Position numbers and translations under genes: made by a program | The notes under the pieces: generated by a model | Told to the model about the DNA's origin: nothing | Seen by the model: the letters and a program-made list of their open reading frames with translations, nothing else | Databases searched by the model: none | Shown: piece by piece, positions 60,101-64,000 of the stretch | Layout of the letters: each line of letters begins with the position of its first letter | How positions within the stretch are numbered: position 1 is the stretch's first letter | Assembly: GCA_044892505.1 (NCBI GenBank) | Contig: CM097882.1 | Span: forward strand, 522,164,001-522,228,000 | Source: Schmidtea nova | Taxonomy: Eukaryota | Direction: 5' to 3' | Length of the DNA: 64,000 nucleotides

Positions 60101-62711
60101 TGCGGCATACAAAGGTGCTGCTATCATTGAATAATTTTTGATATACCGCCGATAAAAATTAGTTAAACCTAAGAATGACCTCAATTCTGTAACACTCTTC
60201 GGTTCAGTTGCATTTTCAATTTCTGAAATCTTTCTTTTATTTGTTTGAATTCCCTTTTCATTCACTGTATGACCAATGAAATTTAATACGCTTTTATGGA
60301 ACGCGCATTTCTCGGGATTAACTTTCAAACCGGCATCTGTAATGCGTGTGAATACTTCAAGTAGAAGTTTATCATGAGTTTCCTGATTTTCAGCATATAT
60401 TAAAATGTCATCAAGATAGACAACCACTCCTTTGAAAATTAATCCTTCCAATATCTTATGCATCAGTTTTTGAAAAGTGGTAGGAGCTGTTGATAAACCA
60501 AATGGTAACCTGTTAAAACAGAATTGTCCCTCTTTTGTACAAAATGCCGTCTTGGTTTGGGAATTTTCATGCAACTCTACCTGATAATAAGCTTGACCTA
60601 AATCAATTGATGAAAATATCTTTGATTTACCGAGACAATTCAATAATAACTGCTTGTCTGGCATCGGAAATGAAAACTTTTTTGTAACCGAATTTAATAG
60701 CCTAAAATCTAGACACATTCTTATAGAGCCATCCGGTTTTCCAACTATTACTAGTGGTGTGTTCCACGGACTCTGACATTTTCTCACAACTCCAGCTTCT
60801 AATAAATTCTGTATTAACTCTTCAATTTTGACTTCTAAATGCATGGGTTGTCTTCTTGGATTTTGTAAAGTTGGAGGACCCGAAGTCGTTATTTCATGTG
60901 TTATTACTTTTGTATGACCTAAGTCAAATCTGGATGCCATAAAAATGTTGCTAAACCTAGATATTAAAGTAACCAACTTCGAATTCTTGTCCAACTTGAG
61001 AGTCGATAAAGCAAACTCTAAACGATCAGAATCTGTAAATCTCTGGGTAATTAACGATGCATCTATATTATTGACTTCTTTAAGCTCCATGCCAAATATT
61101 CTCATGGTGTCTGCACCTCTTATAAAATCTGGATGAATTTTTCTGACAATAATAACATTCAATTCTCGACATTTGTTGTTCTATTTTGCAACGATTTTAA
61201 CGCTTCCAAGAGGTTTCTCGTCTTCTTTTGAAAATACTCCACTCAACCGTATTCTGCTCTCCATCAATTTTGGACTGCCAATTAATCTCCAACATTTCTC
61301 ACTCATCACACTGATTGAAGCTCCTGAATCCCATAGCATCTCTACATAAAATCCATTTATTTCAATCTTACTCCACTTTCTGTCATCATCCTTCTTAAAC
61401 ATCACATCCTTCTTTACAACATTTCGTTTTTTATACTCATCTACTGTCTCGACCCTAATGACGAAATGTAGACAACAGGGTCTTCTTGGTTTTTTTGAGT
61501 CTCAACATTATGTATGACTGGGGCTATCAATTCCTCTGATCTGTCATCGTCTTCTTCGTGTATACAGTACACTCTTCGTTCCAGTCTTTGTGTATTGCTT
61601 CTTGATTTCACTGACAAATTGTAATTTCTAAATGAATGACCTTCTTTACCGCATATTAGGCATTTGTCCTTCAAAGGACACTCAAATCGCATATGGTCAC
61701 TTTGTCCACAACAAAAGCATTGACCAGATCTTAACCTTTCTTCTGCTGGCTCAGGTAGACCACAATATCTATTATAAACTTTTCTTGCGATATGTTTCAT
61801 TGAAACTAACGGTGGTGGTCTACGATCCATAAATGTCCTCTCATTATATTATTCTACCACGGGTTTCACTCTATCAATTTGTCTTTCGCTTCTTTCATTT
61901 CTATTTTGATAACTTATTTCTGGTTGACGACTCGAATACATTCTATTATTTAAAGATGTTGTTTAGTCCATTGCTTCTGTTTATCTTGAGTAACGTTTGC
62001 AAAGGTTGATTTCACTACTGCCTGAACTTCTTCAAATCGTTCTTTTGCATCGTAGCCTTCTTGTGCCTCATATACTTTTGCTAAATTTCTAATTTCTTCC
62101 CTCGTGATATTAGCCTTCGTTGATATATTTTTTTTCAAACGGTCGTTCCGAACTCTGCTGCACAAAATTAGTTCCACAATATTTTCTTTTGAAATTCCAC
62201 AGTCAAAAACTTCGTCAACAAGTTTCTTTACTCGTATCTCGAATGTGATAAATCTTTCATCGTTATTTTGTTTTATTGCTGATAAGTCACAAATCTTATC
62301 TATAATGGACTTCTTTTTGCTAAATGTTTCATTAAACCATTCACGAGCTTTTTTCATTCGTTGTGGAAATGTCCTTAAATTCTTTAAATTTATAGATGTC
62401 TCTTCAGACAATAATAAATCAAAAATACTCACTAAATTTAGATCATTTAGCAGCATTCAATCTTCAATATCCTTGAGCCATTTCTCTGCTTCTACCGTGC
62501 TTCGGCCGTCGAATCTTCTGTTTAGGCAAAGATTCCATAATCATCTTTCTATGCTGGTTTCTTGTCACCGCTTGAATCGGCTCAATTTTTTCGGCGTGGT
62601 CGCCAGTTACAATCTCTTCATAATTCATAATAATTTAACAAATTAAAATATATATTTTTAAAACAGTGTCACTTGATATTATTTAAACAAAAGTAATTAT
62701 TGAACATCACT
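57126..62711 (-). mobile_element. Gypsy LTR retrotransposon B (relative of A), ~107-bp LTRs
   Basis: LTRs at 62605-62711 and 57126-57233 (AGTGATGTTCAA...); PBS TGGCGACCACGCCG overlapping the LTR by 1 nt; PPT AGAGGAGGAG; gag knuckles, LWDSGAS, RT-RH ORF 59378-61162, integrase; no matching TSD. Confidence 0.92.
57761..58881 (+). other. Foreign 1.1-kb insertion in the integrase of Gypsy B carrying C2H2-like zinc-finger coding sequence
   Basis: Integrase reads FRDWME at the right junction and SSPYQHQSNG at the left, with ~8 codons lost; insert encodes CSRCEAV...HSYTQAEH and CPNCSRL...HYNSEH. Confidence 0.7.
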
Positions 62712-63175
62712 GTGCACAAGGATACTGAAATTGGTATAATCATAATAGGTTAAATTTGATAATATTCTAAAAATTTTCATTGTAACCATCACTTGAACTA
62801 GCATTTAATTGGATCATTTGCGAACCATACACGTAGGACACGAGGTTTTAACCCGGAAGAGATCGTCGACCATAAATCCCGCTTGAAATAACAGTTTAAA
62901 TTACCACACGTAGAGGTACAGATTGCACGATGTACACTTCCTTAACGATCTAATGGCAGAGATGAATGCATACATTACAAATTGCTAAGTTTCATTTATT
63001 TAAATCAACAAAATAAATCAGTAGGTTCACTTTGATGATCGTTAAAATTTATCAGCGTATAGATAATCCATCATAACTTCTTCGATATTACCTACGTAAA
63101 TTTAAAACATCTGATTCAAGCAAGTCATAACTGCGACGTTAATATTTGATTAGACTTAAAATTTACATAATTAAC

Positions 63176-63295
63176 CTGATCCCTGTATATAGGGCAGCAG
63201 ATCAAAAATTGTAAATTAAAATAACCTGATTGCTGTAGATAGCACAGGTATAAATACCCTAACTAAATTAATCTCATCGCTGTACATAGCGACAG
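63176..63295. other. Three tandem covarying stem-loops
   Basis: CTGAT-CCCT-GTATAT-AGGG-CAG, CTGAT-TGCT-GTAGAT-AGCA-CAG, CTCAT-CGCT-GTACAT-AGCG-ACAG. Confidence 0.65.
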
Positions 63296-63531
63296 TGTTT
63301 AGAAATTATTGTACATTTATTCATGTTCTTCATTTCCAAATTTCCAATAAAAGTATGTAAACATTCGGAGGAACTCGTCATCCCAACAATGACATGAGAT
63401 CCGGCAATATTATAGAATATAATTCTCCGAATAAAAGTAATTTTTAGAGAATCTTAACGACATTCATTTATCAATCATTAAATGCGAAACTTAAAGTAAA
63501 CAAGGAATAATCACAATTGATTTTCAGAACA

Positions 63532-64000
63532 ATGTCGACAAATCAACAGAACTCGCAAACCGAATTGGATAAGGCTTGGCGAATCATTCGCAGCCTGGAG
63601 AAAGAGATGGGAGCGAACCAAGAAAGTTGAAGAAATCTGAAGCTACAATAACTCATCTCCGTAAAAGCTGGTTCAGCCCAGAACAAATGAAAGATCAAAT
63701 TATGAAGACGCAGCGCGCCCAAAGAGCAGGCGAGGAGTATCGCATTGAATTAGAGGCGACGAAGATCGAATTAAGGAAATGTCTACGCTCAGTTACTACG
63801 TCCTTCATTGGCACTGAGTTGAAGAGATTGATACGGCCAGTTACATACCAACACTGGTCGCCTGAAAAAAAATCAGGATGTTCCAGGGGAACTAATCGAA
63901 GGGTTATCGCAAATCCCTGAGGTCATAGCAACCACAGCACCGATCGCGAGAAGTTCGTCGACAATTGAAAATAAGAAGAAAAAGAAGAAAAAGATGGGCT
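63532..64000 (+). pseudogene. Start of a frameshifted coiled-coil ORF, probably a retroelement gag/ORF1 running off the window
   Basis: ATG at 63532 (MSTNQQNSQTELDKAWRIIRSLEKEMG), frameshift into KLKKSEATITHLRK...; higher GC than flanks. Confidence 0.35.

Overview
Very AT-rich eukaryotic DNA with 48 bp to 22 kb GT-AG introns. It resembles a planarian or other flatworm genome, but that is inference from composition and repeat content only. One host gene is supported: a minus-strand glutaminase with 7 well-supported exons from 52.6 kb down to 12.9 kb, plus 1-2 uncertain 5' exons. Its introns and flanks are filled with transposable elements: three compact Gypsy elements, two solo LTRs with their own TSDs, a near-intact FLYWCH-MULE, hAT/pogo/mariner/piggyBac remnants and MITEs, and a degraded nuclear-receptor sequence. 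The main feature is an unusual Gypsy-like retroelement (~31.7-44.5 kb, minus strand) in the 22 kb intron. After mending 4 in-frame stops and 3 frameshifts, it reads as one ~3,370-codon polyprotein: Gag (4 zinc knuckles), 2 ubiquitin-like modules, a Bcl-2-like domain, a signal peptide and chuvirus-type fusion glycoprotein, protease, RT, RNase H, integrase, then a second signal peptide and an Ig/FN3-like type I membrane protein. A separate DEDDh exonuclease ORF follows. A second notable system is a dispersed palindromic repeat carrying minimal type I hammerhead-ribozyme motifs with a U3-A8 compensatory core. All domain calls are by eye from motifs; no searches were run and novelty is unverified.
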